NCBI GenBank assembly: GCA_003344405.1
Contig: NOWV01000217.1
Span: 1 to 64,000 of the forward strand
Length of the DNA: 64,000 nt
Direction of reading: 5' to 3'
Source: Trichoplax sp. H2
Taxonomy: Eukaryota
Below the pieces are notes generated by a model that was given only the letters and a program-made list of their open reading frames with translations, did no database searches and had not been told where the DNA came from. The position numbers and the translations under genes are program-made. Below, piece after piece: positions 52,401 to 64,000 of the stretch (within the stretch, counting starts at the first letter, position 1; every line of letters starts with the position of its first letter).

Positions 52401-55400
52401 ATATTTGCTTTCTTAAATGCTTCTTAAGATAACCCTTTTCTTTTAAATTCTTCTATCCCGGAATTAGATCGTTGATGAGAAAAATAAGAAGGAAGATAAA
52501 TCAATGATGGAAAACGGTGAAAATGTAAATCAGATAGCAATTTATTAATTTTTGTCTAAGTAATTACTACTGTACTAAAGAGTGAAGCTATTTCATTCAT
52601 TTATAAGTTATATGACTGGAGCATTGGCTTGGAAGATATCGATGATTCATCTTTGTACTTCTCACCTGATCAAGGCAATGTTGTATTCGCTAGTGCTATA
52701 GATGGATGGGGCTTCAGGTACTATACAAATAACGTAGATGTTCTGCTATGTAGGGCCTCGATAATGCCATATGGGAATAATTAATGATGCCTTCCTTACA
52801 CAATAGCCCTCTTGGATTTAAAGCACTACTATAATTAATATAAACTATCATTATGTAATAGAGTCTCTGATTTTGCTGCTATATTTTCCAAGAAGATTGG
52901 TGTAAGTCAAGCGATTATGAATAAGACACTATGGGGTGATTTCTACCTAAATAGCAAAACCAAAAAGATTATGAAAGGGGCTCAGGCACGTTCATGAAGT
53001 GATCAAGCGTATAATACTGTATCTTTTTATTTAGCATTTTGTTGTCATCTATTTTGTTGTCAATTGGAATATAGCGTGCAAAGTCTTAAGATCTATTGAT
53101 ACTCTGTAGGCTAAGGCGAAGAAACCATTGTTTGTCCAAGTTATCCTCGATAATCTTTGGAATCTGTACAATGCTATCTATATTAAAAAGTACTGAGAGA
53201 TCTTTGATTTATTGATAATTCCGTTATTTGTATAACTAGCTCTTGTAACCTATTCTTAACAGTGCATGCTACGCTTTTATAGAGATAAGATCCAGTCTGA
53301 AAATATTGTCAAATCATTAAATTTAAAAGTGTCGGTCCGCGATTCAAGGCATGGTGATGCTAGGGTTTATCTTTACGCAGTATGTAGCCAGTGGCTTCCG
53401 CTATCCAAAGCGGTACTGTGTAAGTTTGTTCATTAACTTATTTCTATACATATTGTTTTAGCGCCCTAATCTTGCAGTTATTTAAATGATTACTTTGTAT
53501 AGCTATGGTTTGCGATAAGTTGCCATCTCCGTGTAGTGTTAGTATCGATCGTATAGAAAAATTAATGGGTAGCACTTCGTTACAAGGCCGCTCACTATCT
53601 GCCAATGTAAAAGAAATTAAAGAAGGTATAATAAATCTAATTTTTAACGCAAGCGAAATTTCAATCTACTAATTGCGTATCATCTACTCGTATCTGCATA
53701 TTTTTAACTATTTAGTTATGCTCCATTGCAAATCTGGTGATAATTCACCCGTTATTTTACACGTAACGAAAATGGTATCTGTTGAAAAGAATTGCCTTCC
53801 TCAAAATAAACCGAAGTATATAAAAATTGACTTATACAAGCCATGTATTAAACAAAACTTTCTGGCTCAAATGTTAATGCAATAGCACAGGTTAATGTAC
53901 TTTGAAACTACTATACTTTAGGACTTTGACAATGGAAGAAATTCGTCATCGCAGAGCATTAGCTAAAGAACGTTTATCAAATAGGAACCAACAACGTACT
54001 GAGGATAAACGAGAAACAAACGTGGATAATGCCAACCAGGAACCCGTTACTACAGAGAACGAATCAGACAGTACAACTCTTAAGGTAGAGAAGAATAACG
54101 AGGACACTGCTGAAAGCCAAATAAAGAGTACGAAACAAGGGGATACCGAGGCACTTGAGGAGCGCAATCACGAATTTATCGCATTTGCTAGAATTTTTTG
54201 CGGCACAATTAGACGTGGTGATAAACTCCATATTTTAAATTATGGCAAGAATAATGCCAGACCCTACATTTCCGGTAAAGATGAAAATGTAGAAAATTCC
54301 TCAAGAAATGATATAAGTGAAAACATGTTTGAAGTTGCCGATTTATACTTATGGATGGGTCGACAGCTGGAACTATTAGATGAAGTACCGGCAGGAAACA
54401 TTTTAGGTTGCATGAAAATATATATATATATATAATATCATGAATAGTTTTTTATTAACTGATTGATTTCTAACATTAAGATAACCAGTTCTTAGTTTAT
54501 ACTTACTTATTAAGAAATAAGAATCTAAACTTGAAAATTATGCTTAGGTATTGGCAACTTGGAAAAACATATTCTTAAATCAGCTACAATTTCATCGGCG
54601 TCTAATTGTCCTCCTTTGATGCCAGTACCATTTGCAGTTGTACCAATTGTCCATGTAGCTATTGAACCTGCTCACTTCAGTGATATAGCAAAACTCACGA
54701 ATGGTTTACGCCTTTTAAATCAAGCCGACCCATGTGTTGAAACCTTAGTTCAAGAATCAGGCGAGCATGTTATCGTTGCTGCAGGTGAAGTCCACCTTGA
54801 TCGTTGCCTAAAGGATCTAAGAGAAAGGTAACAATCACAATGTCCGTCAAATGTAAATCTACAAGTGTGATCGCTTTTGTGGATGAATATAGATAGTCTT
54901 CTCTTCGCTGTTGGCACTATTAATTCTTAAATGTATTTTATGCATGCACATATACACGCATTTTTGAGATAGATTTGCTCCTGGAGTGGAAATTTCTGTT
55001 TCGGAACCAATAATCCCATTCAGAGAAACAATTATTCCACCACCTCAGCTCGATATGGTTAACGAACTAATTGATAGTAATGAAACCCAAAGTACTACGA
55101 GACGACAAGAACTGGATTATGACTACCCAAATTGTGAAGATAATGCCGGAACTATCACTGTGTTTACATCTGATAAGTCATGTACGAAGGATTACAATTA
55201 TTAACGTCAAGATTAATTCAGCTTTGTAACCCTATGTAGTTGTGATTAACGAAGTATTACATATGGTTCTATTTTATTTAGGTAAATTAGTGGTAAAGGC
55301 AAAACCTCTTCCCACAAATGTTACTAAATTACTCGATGAAAGTGCAGATGTTATTAAGTCGATTGTTGGATCAAAATCTGTTCGCAAGGATCACAGCCTT

Positions 55401-56647
55401 TCGCCCGTTGATAGTGAACTGACAGAAGTAGCACTATTTTATAATAGTTTAGTGGAAGAATTTAATGTTGCTGGTGAAGAATGGAAAGATATTGTGGACA
55501 AAATTTGGTGTTTTGGTCCCAGAAACTATGGGCCAAATATACTAGTCAATGAAATACCGTCGTATAATAGATCCACTCTTTGGGATGTAACTCAAGATCG
55601 TCCGGTAAACGTGGAGCAGGATATGTTTAGAAAATTTGATAACAGTGTTATAACCGGATTTCAGTTAGCCACATTAGCTGGCCCGTTGTGTGAGGAACCA
55701 ATGATGGGTGTTTGCTTTGTAATCAAAGAGTGGACGTACCTACCATCGATCCAGTCATCGGTATTGTTATTGTTTATAATTTAGTTTTAATGCGTAGAGC
55801 TGCAAATGTAAATGTTCATTTTGCTATCATTATGTGATACTCCCAGTCAGAAGCTCTAGATAATTTGGCATTGGAATCTAATGAAACTCGTGTCGCAAAG
55901 AATGAAATTTCAAGCGCATCTGAAGGAAAAGGTAATCAGCCCTTTCAAAAATATGACTATTAATAACCTTACGGATTACAGAACATTGCTAACCACTTAT
56001 GATAATTGTTATTAGGTGCAAAATCTATCAGTATTAATTCCGGTCAACTAATGTCTGCTATTAAAAGCGGCTGTCGTCGGGCATTTTTGGCACAACCGGT
56101 TCGACTAATGGTTCCTACTTACAAATGTACTATCCATGCTACATCAGATGTTTTAGGAAAAGTATATGCAGTATTAGGCAGAAGGAATGGGCAGATTCTA
56201 TCTGAAGATATGCAAGAAGGATCATCAATATTTAATATCGAAGCAGTTTTGCCGGTGGCTGAAAGTTTTGGTTTTACTGATGAAATCCGTAAGAAAACAA
56301 GTGGCTTAGCTAATCCTCAGTTAATTTTTAACAATTGGGAGGTAAATGATTAAGTTTTATATTGTCAATTTTTATTACACAATCTGTTGAATATCTATTT
56401 TTTTTGTCGTATCTATATGCGTTAGATAACCATTATAGTTGGAAATTTTTACTATTTGTCTTAGATTATACCTGCAGATCCGTTTTGGGTTCCTACAACT
56501 GAGGAGGAAATATTGCATTTTGGTGAGAAAGCTGATTCTGAAAATCGTGCCCGGTTATTAGTAGATAAAATTCGTGCACGAAAGGGTTTGATAGTTCAAA
56601 AGAAGATTGTAGAGCATGCTGAAAAGCAGAGAACTATCAAAAAGTAG
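49413..56647 (+). CDS. EFL1: Elongation factor-like GTPase 1 (Ria1/EFL1, 60S maturation), about 20 exons with two GC-AG introns
   Basis: Motifs [127 protein letters not shown] and [14 protein letters not shown] ends at 56647. Confidence 0.96.
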
Positions 56648-59600
56648 GCAGAATTAGATTTAAGAACTTACAAATTTTAACGTTTGTACGCTACAATTTT
56701 GCAAAGAAGGTTGTAACGCTCGATGATACCGAACTTGATAATTAATATGATTTATAAAGGGTACTTCTTACCACTAGGTGGTTATCCTTACATATGGGCT
56801 CGCGTAAAATAATTTTATTGTTCGAAATTTTTTCAACGATCTGTAACTTTACTCTCGATACATTCTTAGTTGTATAACGGTCATAGTAGCGAGAATATCT
56901 AAGATTTATTGACTGTATATTTTAAATATAACATTTTAAAGGTGACCTATTTCATAGTAGATTGTATGGTATGCATTTTCTCGTTGTTATAATATATTCC
57001 AAAGAATCCTATAGCGCAATAATATATTAATATTATTTTTCTGGTTTATCGCCACTTTGATAGGCTTTAACATGAATAATCAACTGCATAAAGTAATGCA
57101 TACCTATATTCGACTTAAGCTATTTGAAATGTCATTATAACGACATATAGACAGTTTTATGATTCAAAATATGATAGCAATTGTAGTATGACTGTTTTGA
57201 CTCCCAAATTCTTGTTTACTGTATACAATGCAGCCATTCTATTCACGTACTGTAAATAGTACTGAAAATGTTACTGCTCTATCTAAAATATTAATTCTAA
57301 GTAACGATAATTAATGATAGCGTAGTCACGTATATTTATCCTATGGTGATACTACACTAACACAAGAATTAACAATCAGATGATTGAAGTTATCGATACA
57401 GTCATTGTAACATAGTTTTTAATAAATAAACTCAATTAGAAGTTATTGTATCGCCGGTATTTAGTGACTAATTTCCAGTTGTTGCGTTACAGAACAAAGC
57501 ACTAATTATGTTGAAATGGTTCTATCATAAAGAATCAGCTTTTCGATGACACCAACTAAATAGAACCCCATTGAGTGAAATAATTCGTTTATATTTAATC
57601 CTAGCTATGGATTTAAATTTACATAATTAACTGTTAATGTCTACTAGCGTAATTGATCCCATTTTTCATACTGCTATTCAATTAAACTTACAGTATACTG
57701 TATTTCGAATGAATAATAGGTGAAAAAGTAAGTAGGGGAACTCTGAAATTGACTTAAAGGATGGTTGATCAGAATTTACTTACGTAAACTAGGATTGCTA
57801 GAGTAACTGCTACAAAATAAAAGAGTATTGTATTTCGGCGTTATCATTAGAATATCCATTAGTGTCTCACATATTTATACTAATAGTTAAGAACTACCTC
57901 AAGATACTTCCTTGTTTCGAAACTTACAGATATGAATTAATTCTAACCCGAGAATATATTAATCATGCACTTATCAATCTATTTAACTTTGAATTCGGTT
58001 CTATAGCAATTATTGTGAAACACCTTGATCTTAGTATATGCTGCATTAATGGTAGCGATAGGATGTCCAATAGCGTAACCTATTAAAATAATTAAAACCT
58101 TGAGCTGAAGATATAAGTCCCATGAAATTAAGCCACTATCAACATATACGAATATTGTGCCTAATTTACATTACCTGGGTCATTATAATTATCAGAATGT
58201 GTTGTAAATATTAATAAAGTTTTAGTTATAATGTCAAAGACGTCATATAATTACGTCGTTTTATAACATCAGATGGTATTGAGATGATTGGCAATTTCGA
58301 TATTCAACCGTAATATATTATTCGATAACGTCCATAAATTGATTCAGATAGGAAGTACAAGTACTAAATTAAATACAATCTAGCGGTCATTTTCTATGAT
58401 TTACCTATTTGCCCAATCATCTTTTCTTTATAAATTGCTCCATTTCTTCAAGCATAATTTAATTATCTGGACTATATTGCTAACAAAAGCTACAGAGAAC
58501 GAGATCAGAAAGGCTCACTTTATTGCTTAACACAAAATAATGCATCTTTTAACTTTGAATGAACTTAAACGAGAGAAACAATAGTATCATTCTTCTTCGC
58601 TCTAGCTGCATTAATTGAATAAAAAGGCAATAAATCTATATAGAATTAAGCTTAGAATTAAAATACGGTAATATCAGTATGATTGAGAATAACATCTTCA
58701 TGCAAACTTGGCAAGATGATCATAAACAACAGATCGATTAAAGTAGAGTCTAATATGTGCATATTAAGAATATTGCTTTGCAAATACCTTTATAGAAAGT
58801 TAGTTGGACGCCAAAACTATTGTTTCTACCGCAAACTTGACGTCAATGGAAAATAATTGGAATGAATTCGATTAAAAATTTTCCTAGTCTAGAAATTTTG
58901 GAGACAGGTGATAGCAATAAAGCATAGCACTAAAGAAATATTAACTACGATGTCGCGTTAAAGCTCAATTGAATTAAAATTAAATATCGGGTGCTAGGGT
59001 TTCGGTGCCATACGTAACAATCCGATTTAATTTGATAGTTGATGATAAATATTTAATAGTAAGCAAATGTTATCTAGTCATCGATTTAATTGATTAGTAT
59101 TAGAAAATCTACTTTTACTTTGTTATTTCAAGCATAAATTTCTAGAGGTTAAGCGATAGGAATATGGCGATGGGACAGTGTTCTCCAGGACATTACACCT
59201 TGATTGAATATCGAATCTGATAGTATTGGAATTTCTGTATTATACTAGGCTATCAATAATTATATTATCACATATGCAAGAAGCTCCGGCCAGATAGAAT
59301 TTGACCTTATCTAAATCTGCCATATCTAATCAATTTTAAATCTACTACATATGTATTTATTATAAGTAATCTATTTTCAGTGATGAATACATCATAAAAG
59401 TACGGCTAAAATAAGGTGTTATGAGAAAGTGATGTAATACGAATTAAAATACGTTTTTCCAATCATCAATTACTATTTTAGCTACCGATTCTAAACAATT
59501 AATAGTGTGTAAGAATAATGCATGAGAATGATCACTAACTAGTAAGTAGAATTTATTTAAATCTGTTGTATTCAATCAATTTTAGATAGGTTGTTTCGTA

Positions 59601-62560
59601 CTTTATAAATATGCGGCAATCAAAGTGTACTATTAAAGCACTATAAGAACTAGTACGCTTAAAGTAATGCTATTAAGAAATTAAATTACGCAATTACTGC
59701 CATTGATTTGAGTTCCAGCTATTAGGTCTAAACAATTACTAATTATTTTCCGAAAGATATTTTCAATTTGATAACTATTCTCACGATCAACTTTCATACG
59801 AGCTGCATGTTCTACGTGATTAACATCATGAATTATTTTTACAGGAAGCTATTATTTCTAACTTCAAATAGGAACTATTCAAAGTTATTATATTTAGGCA
59901 ATTATTGATAATCTTACTCGTAAAGATAGCACATTAAGACATAATTATACAGGTTTTTCATTACATTAGCTTATATTCAAGCTACTGGCTCTATAGTGAT
60001 CAGGATTTGATATGATGATTATAAATTGATGAGAAGTACACAGCTTCCTTTGATCAATGTTAATCTATTATAGGATCAGTGAATAGAATAGTAGGTTATG
60101 AGACATTAAAAATGATAAACAAATAGATAGTAACTTATCATAATTCTTTATTATTAAATCAAGCTTTAAAAAATATTTGATATCCATGTTATATTAATCG
60201 AATTATTCATGATATGATATAACAGACTAACTATTTTCCCTTCTATTTACATCTATAAGTTAGTCTACTTATGTTGATAAATAATTATAAGATAATGAAA
60301 TCTTTATTACCCATTCTTGACCTATTAATACAGTCTTTTAAGGTGAAACAAAAATTTATAGGAAAATGATATGAATTTGTATAATTGATTCCGACTGTTA
60401 TTCTCATAAGACAACAATAAAACATCGTATTACAGTGAATGTTTACCATTATTTACTAAAATCTTTGAATTAATAAAGACTGGATTGAATTAGAGATATA
60501 AATTACAAAAATTAAAGCTCTCTCTCTTTTAATGCAGTCATATTTAATAAAATATGAGCAAATTGTCGGTGTCCATCTATACTTATACCAGGAAATTTGA
60601 TGATTATCGTAGTTATAGAAAATACGGTACTACTTTAATCTTATTGTTTTCCATTATCCTCCGTCATCCCAAACTGAAGTCCTCTGTCTTTTATTTCAGT
60701 GATATTTAAAGTAATATGAGTAATTTATCAATGTCTCTACTTGTATAAGGAAATTTGGTGATTATCGGAAATTGTAATAGGAAATACTTCTATTTTGATC
60801 TTATTGTTCTCCATCATCCTCTATCATCCATAATTAAGATTCTTCAATTGTAACTATTGATATAATAAGGACTTCTTAAAGGAGCTTCTATCATTATCTT
60901 GTTATTTTCATCATTGTCTGTTATTGTTTATGTAATCAAAATATGTTGATTATTTCAAGTTATTCAAAGAACTTCTATTTTCGTTCTGTATTTCTTCATC
61001 ATCATCATAACCTTAAGAGGAATAACTCTGCGAATTATTTTTGATTTTGAATTAAAAAGTTACTTAGATCATAATAGGGAATAATCTAATTAAGATTAAA
61101 TAACCTTTTCGTTCTTTTAGACTACTCTACTGTAGTTATTGATGCCATTTCTCGTAATACTTGATATTTCCTTATTTGTTTAGGCAGAAAATTTGAACTA
61201 GTATATTAATAACCCTCACTGTTGTGCAGACAGTGTTAAATTTCAAGCTTATACAACTGTTTATTTGAAAGGTAATCTATCGCTTCACAATTTATTTGTT
61301 TTCCTGCCTGTCAACCCGAAATATTTAAGTTAGATGCAAATTAGAAAATATCTAATCCAAATCTTTATATCTAGGTTTTATCAATCTATACTCAAATTAA
61401 AGTACTCGAAGTAACCACTTACGTCTCAAGGTAATCTGTTCTACAGCAGGTATACATGAGTATAGTTTAAAAACATTAAATTCAAATTCTTTTGGCTTGA
61501 GATTCTGCCTTTTAGCACTGAAATAAAAAGCATTTAATTATATCTCTTACAGCTGTAATAATTTTTCTCATTTAGAAATTGGAAATATCCAAACGTGACT
61601 GTTGGAAATTAAATTATACTGTATCTTACTGAAATCAGGCTACTTAGTTATAATTGTGATAGAAACCACGCGCAAATAACCAAATACCCTATATGCCGTT
61701 GGTGTAGAAATGGAAAGTATCAAATTCTAGCCTTCTAGCTGAAAATTCTGTGGTATCGCCCCAAAATTTAGAATATCGGATTATAAGTTGGATAGCGCTG
61801 TAACAACTTATTTTTAAACTTACATTGAAAATATCTGGTTGCTAAGGATCCTACTTTGAAATACAATTTGATTACCTCTTGATATTGATTAAAACTATTT
61901 ATCTAGTATATAAATCGAAAATATCTAATTCATATCTCCTTGTTTAAGATTTTGTCATACAGTACTCAAGTAAAAAGTATTTTATTACAACTTTGATACT
62001 AATATAACGATCATGCCTTTTATACGAGTTAAAAAATAGCCAGATCTAGTTATCCAGGATTTTATCATACCATAATAATCGGGTTCTTTAGCGATATCTT
62101 TAATATTGGCTATAACCATTTACATATATACTTGTATTGAGAAAGCATTAAATTAAAAGTTACTTGCACTTTGGTAACATCTTTGTTATTGGCTATAACC
62201 ATTTAACTGTATACGCATAATTTGCAACTATTCAATCCAAAGTCTACCTGCCCTTGGACTCCATCTTTGATATTCGCTGTAACCAATTACTTATAAAAGT
62301 TTAACCTCAAGATTCTATTCTACTCTACTGAAATTAACAGACTGCTCGTCATTGGATTCCGTCTTTGATATTCGTTATAACGAATTACTGATATAGGCTT
62401 ATTTCGGAAATATTAAATCCACTTGCTCAATATTCTGTGCTACTGTATTGAAATTAATAATCTGCTTTATTGTATCTTCCATAATAGTGTTTACTATTTG
62501 GTAATTCCAAGGAGATAAATTTCTTCTATTAAATCTCATCTACCTTGATTCTGGATCATT

Positions 62561-63628
62561 ATGATTACTAGTATTATGAATTGCAGCCATTTTTGGCTAT
62601 TTCATAATGATTATTTCAGCTGTTATAATTTTAATACTGCCATTCCACCTAATCGTCGAAGAACGGTTTTATCACCAGTTCATATTGGTTTTATCGTTAT
62701 AGGTGTGATTACGCTCATTAGCAATCTTACCACCATGCTAATATTATATCGTTTTCAAGCTAGATACATTACTACGTGGACTTCCCGTTGTTTCAAAATG
62801 AGCTCTAACTTAGTTAGTATTCTGTTTGCTTGCGCATACGTTATCCCTTATAAGGGATTGCTACCCTATCTAGGAGAAAATGCTACCTTACATGTATTAT
62901 TACCTTTTATTGGCATTGGTTTATGTGTCAATATTAATTTACATATTTGTTTAATTGCTATTGATAATTTCTTATCCGCTGCTAGTCCGGTACGTTATCG
63001 TTATATCTTTACTAAAGGACGCTTATGTATTTTATTGACCCTCATTTGGTCTATTTCACTAGCGGTATCATATTTGCCTTTAGCAACTTTAGGTATTGGC
63101 ATACGAGAAAATCTATCTAGATTTCAATCGATAACAACGGTTCAAATGTCTATTTACTATTCTACAATTTTTATTTTACTATTTCTACTCCCTTCTGTCA
63201 TCCTTATTGCTAGTTATATTAAAATTTATTTCATCGTAACACGCAGTCGATTACAATTACGTCGTACAACAACAACTAAAATGGATTATCGTTCAGCTCA
63301 AGCAATTTCCAGAATGAACCGGCGATCCACAGTGATTATTCGTAATGGTGTGTTAACTACAGGAACCTTTTTCATTTTTTGGGTACCGTTTGTTATCTGT
63401 TATTATATATTTCTTGTTACAGACAACCGTTCTGTAGTTCTAATGCAAGCTATAGTAGCAGCAACATTGTTTGCATTTTGCTATCCAGCTATTAATCCTA
63501 TCCTCTATTTACTATTGGCATCTGCAGTACGGCATAAAATACGAGATGGATGGAATCTAATGATGACTATTTCTCCATTGACATCGCGCCGTTCTACCAT
63601 CTTTCGCATGCCACCAGTAGCCAATTAA
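62561..63628 (+). CDS. Orphan class A (rhodopsin-like) GPCR, intronless, 355 aa
   Basis: Seven hydrophobic segments: TM1 SN, TM3 CLIAIDNF (DRY position), ICL2 P.RY, TM4 W...LP, TM5 P...Y.KIY, TM6 F...W.PF and TM7 NPILY. Confidence 0.9.
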   Translation: MITSIMNCSHFWLFHNDYFSCYNFNTAIPPNRRRTVLSPVHIGFIVIGVITLISNLTTMLILYRFQARYITTWTSRCFKMSSNLVSILFACAYVIPYKGLLPYLGENATLHVLLPFIGIGLCVNINLHICLIAIDNFLSAASPVRYRYIFTKGRLCILLTLIWSISLAVSYLPLATLGIGIRENLSRFQSITTVQMSIYYSTIFILLFLLPSVILIASYIKIYFIVTRSRLQLRRTTTTKMDYRSAQAISRMNRRSTVIIRNGVLTTGTFFIFWVPFVICYYIFLVTDNRSVVLMQAIVAATLFAFCYPAINPILYLLLASAVRHKIRDGWNLMMTISPLTSRRSTIFRMPPVAN

Positions 63629-64000
63629 AATTTGATACTGAAAAATATTGATGCAAGATTAGGCGAGAATAAGCAATTTAGTAGAAAACGAGAATATAAT
63701 AAAATGACTGCGATATAAGCATTAAATAGGTTAGTTGTTTGAATATACCATACAGTGAGCCATTCTTGCTAACAAATGCAAGAACATGTTTTGGAAGCGA
63801 AAAGTGCCGTTCTAATAAGTAATATCCGCAGTAGCCGAAAGTTATGACGATATGAATATGGTCTATTCTGAAACATCGACTAAATCACGATATTTTATTA
63901 TGTATATCGTCGTTTTTATTTGCTTGATTTCATCTAAAGTTATATAAAAGTTGCATGCTTGTAAACACGTAGTAAGCAGCTCTCTAAGCAATTCTGAGGT

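Noticed and set aside
56700..62500. Possible hidden gene in the long AT-rich interval
   Set aside because: I found no coherent exon chain or recognisable peptide, only faint degenerate repeats near 60600-61000 and 62080-62390.

Overview
AT-rich, intron-dense eukaryotic genomic DNA with many introns of about 70-110 nt and three N gaps. The gene architecture suggests an early-branching animal, most plausibly the placozoan Trichoplax, but this is inference and not a database result. Ten protein-coding genes can be reconstructed by hand: GALT(+), CDC34/UBE2R(-), PSMA4(+), MFSD12(+), a PLP-dependent Ser/Thr dehydratase/racemase(+), threonyl-tRNA synthetase(-), SNAPC3(+), an intronless cyclin O-like gene(-), EFL1(+) and an intronless orphan class A GPCR(+). 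I found no tRNA, rRNA, snRNA or CRISPR array that I can support. The most notable features are: (1) unrelated, often hairpin-containing tandem arrays, plus the palindrome TACTGTACAGTA, clustered at the 5' ends or first introns of almost every housekeeping gene; (2) a probable heterozygous 2.3-kb indel with TIR-like ends, with both alleles assembled in tandem across a gap; (3) two GC-AG introns in EFL1 and several micro-exons; (4) a cyclin O-like protein lacking the cyclin-box Trp; (5) a dehydratase/racemase with Thr at the racemase-determining position, lying tail-to-tail with ThrRS; (6) a gene set whose human orthologues fall on chromosomes 5, 9, 15 and 19. None of these is demonstrably a new biological system; the 5'-end repeat architecture is the best candidate.
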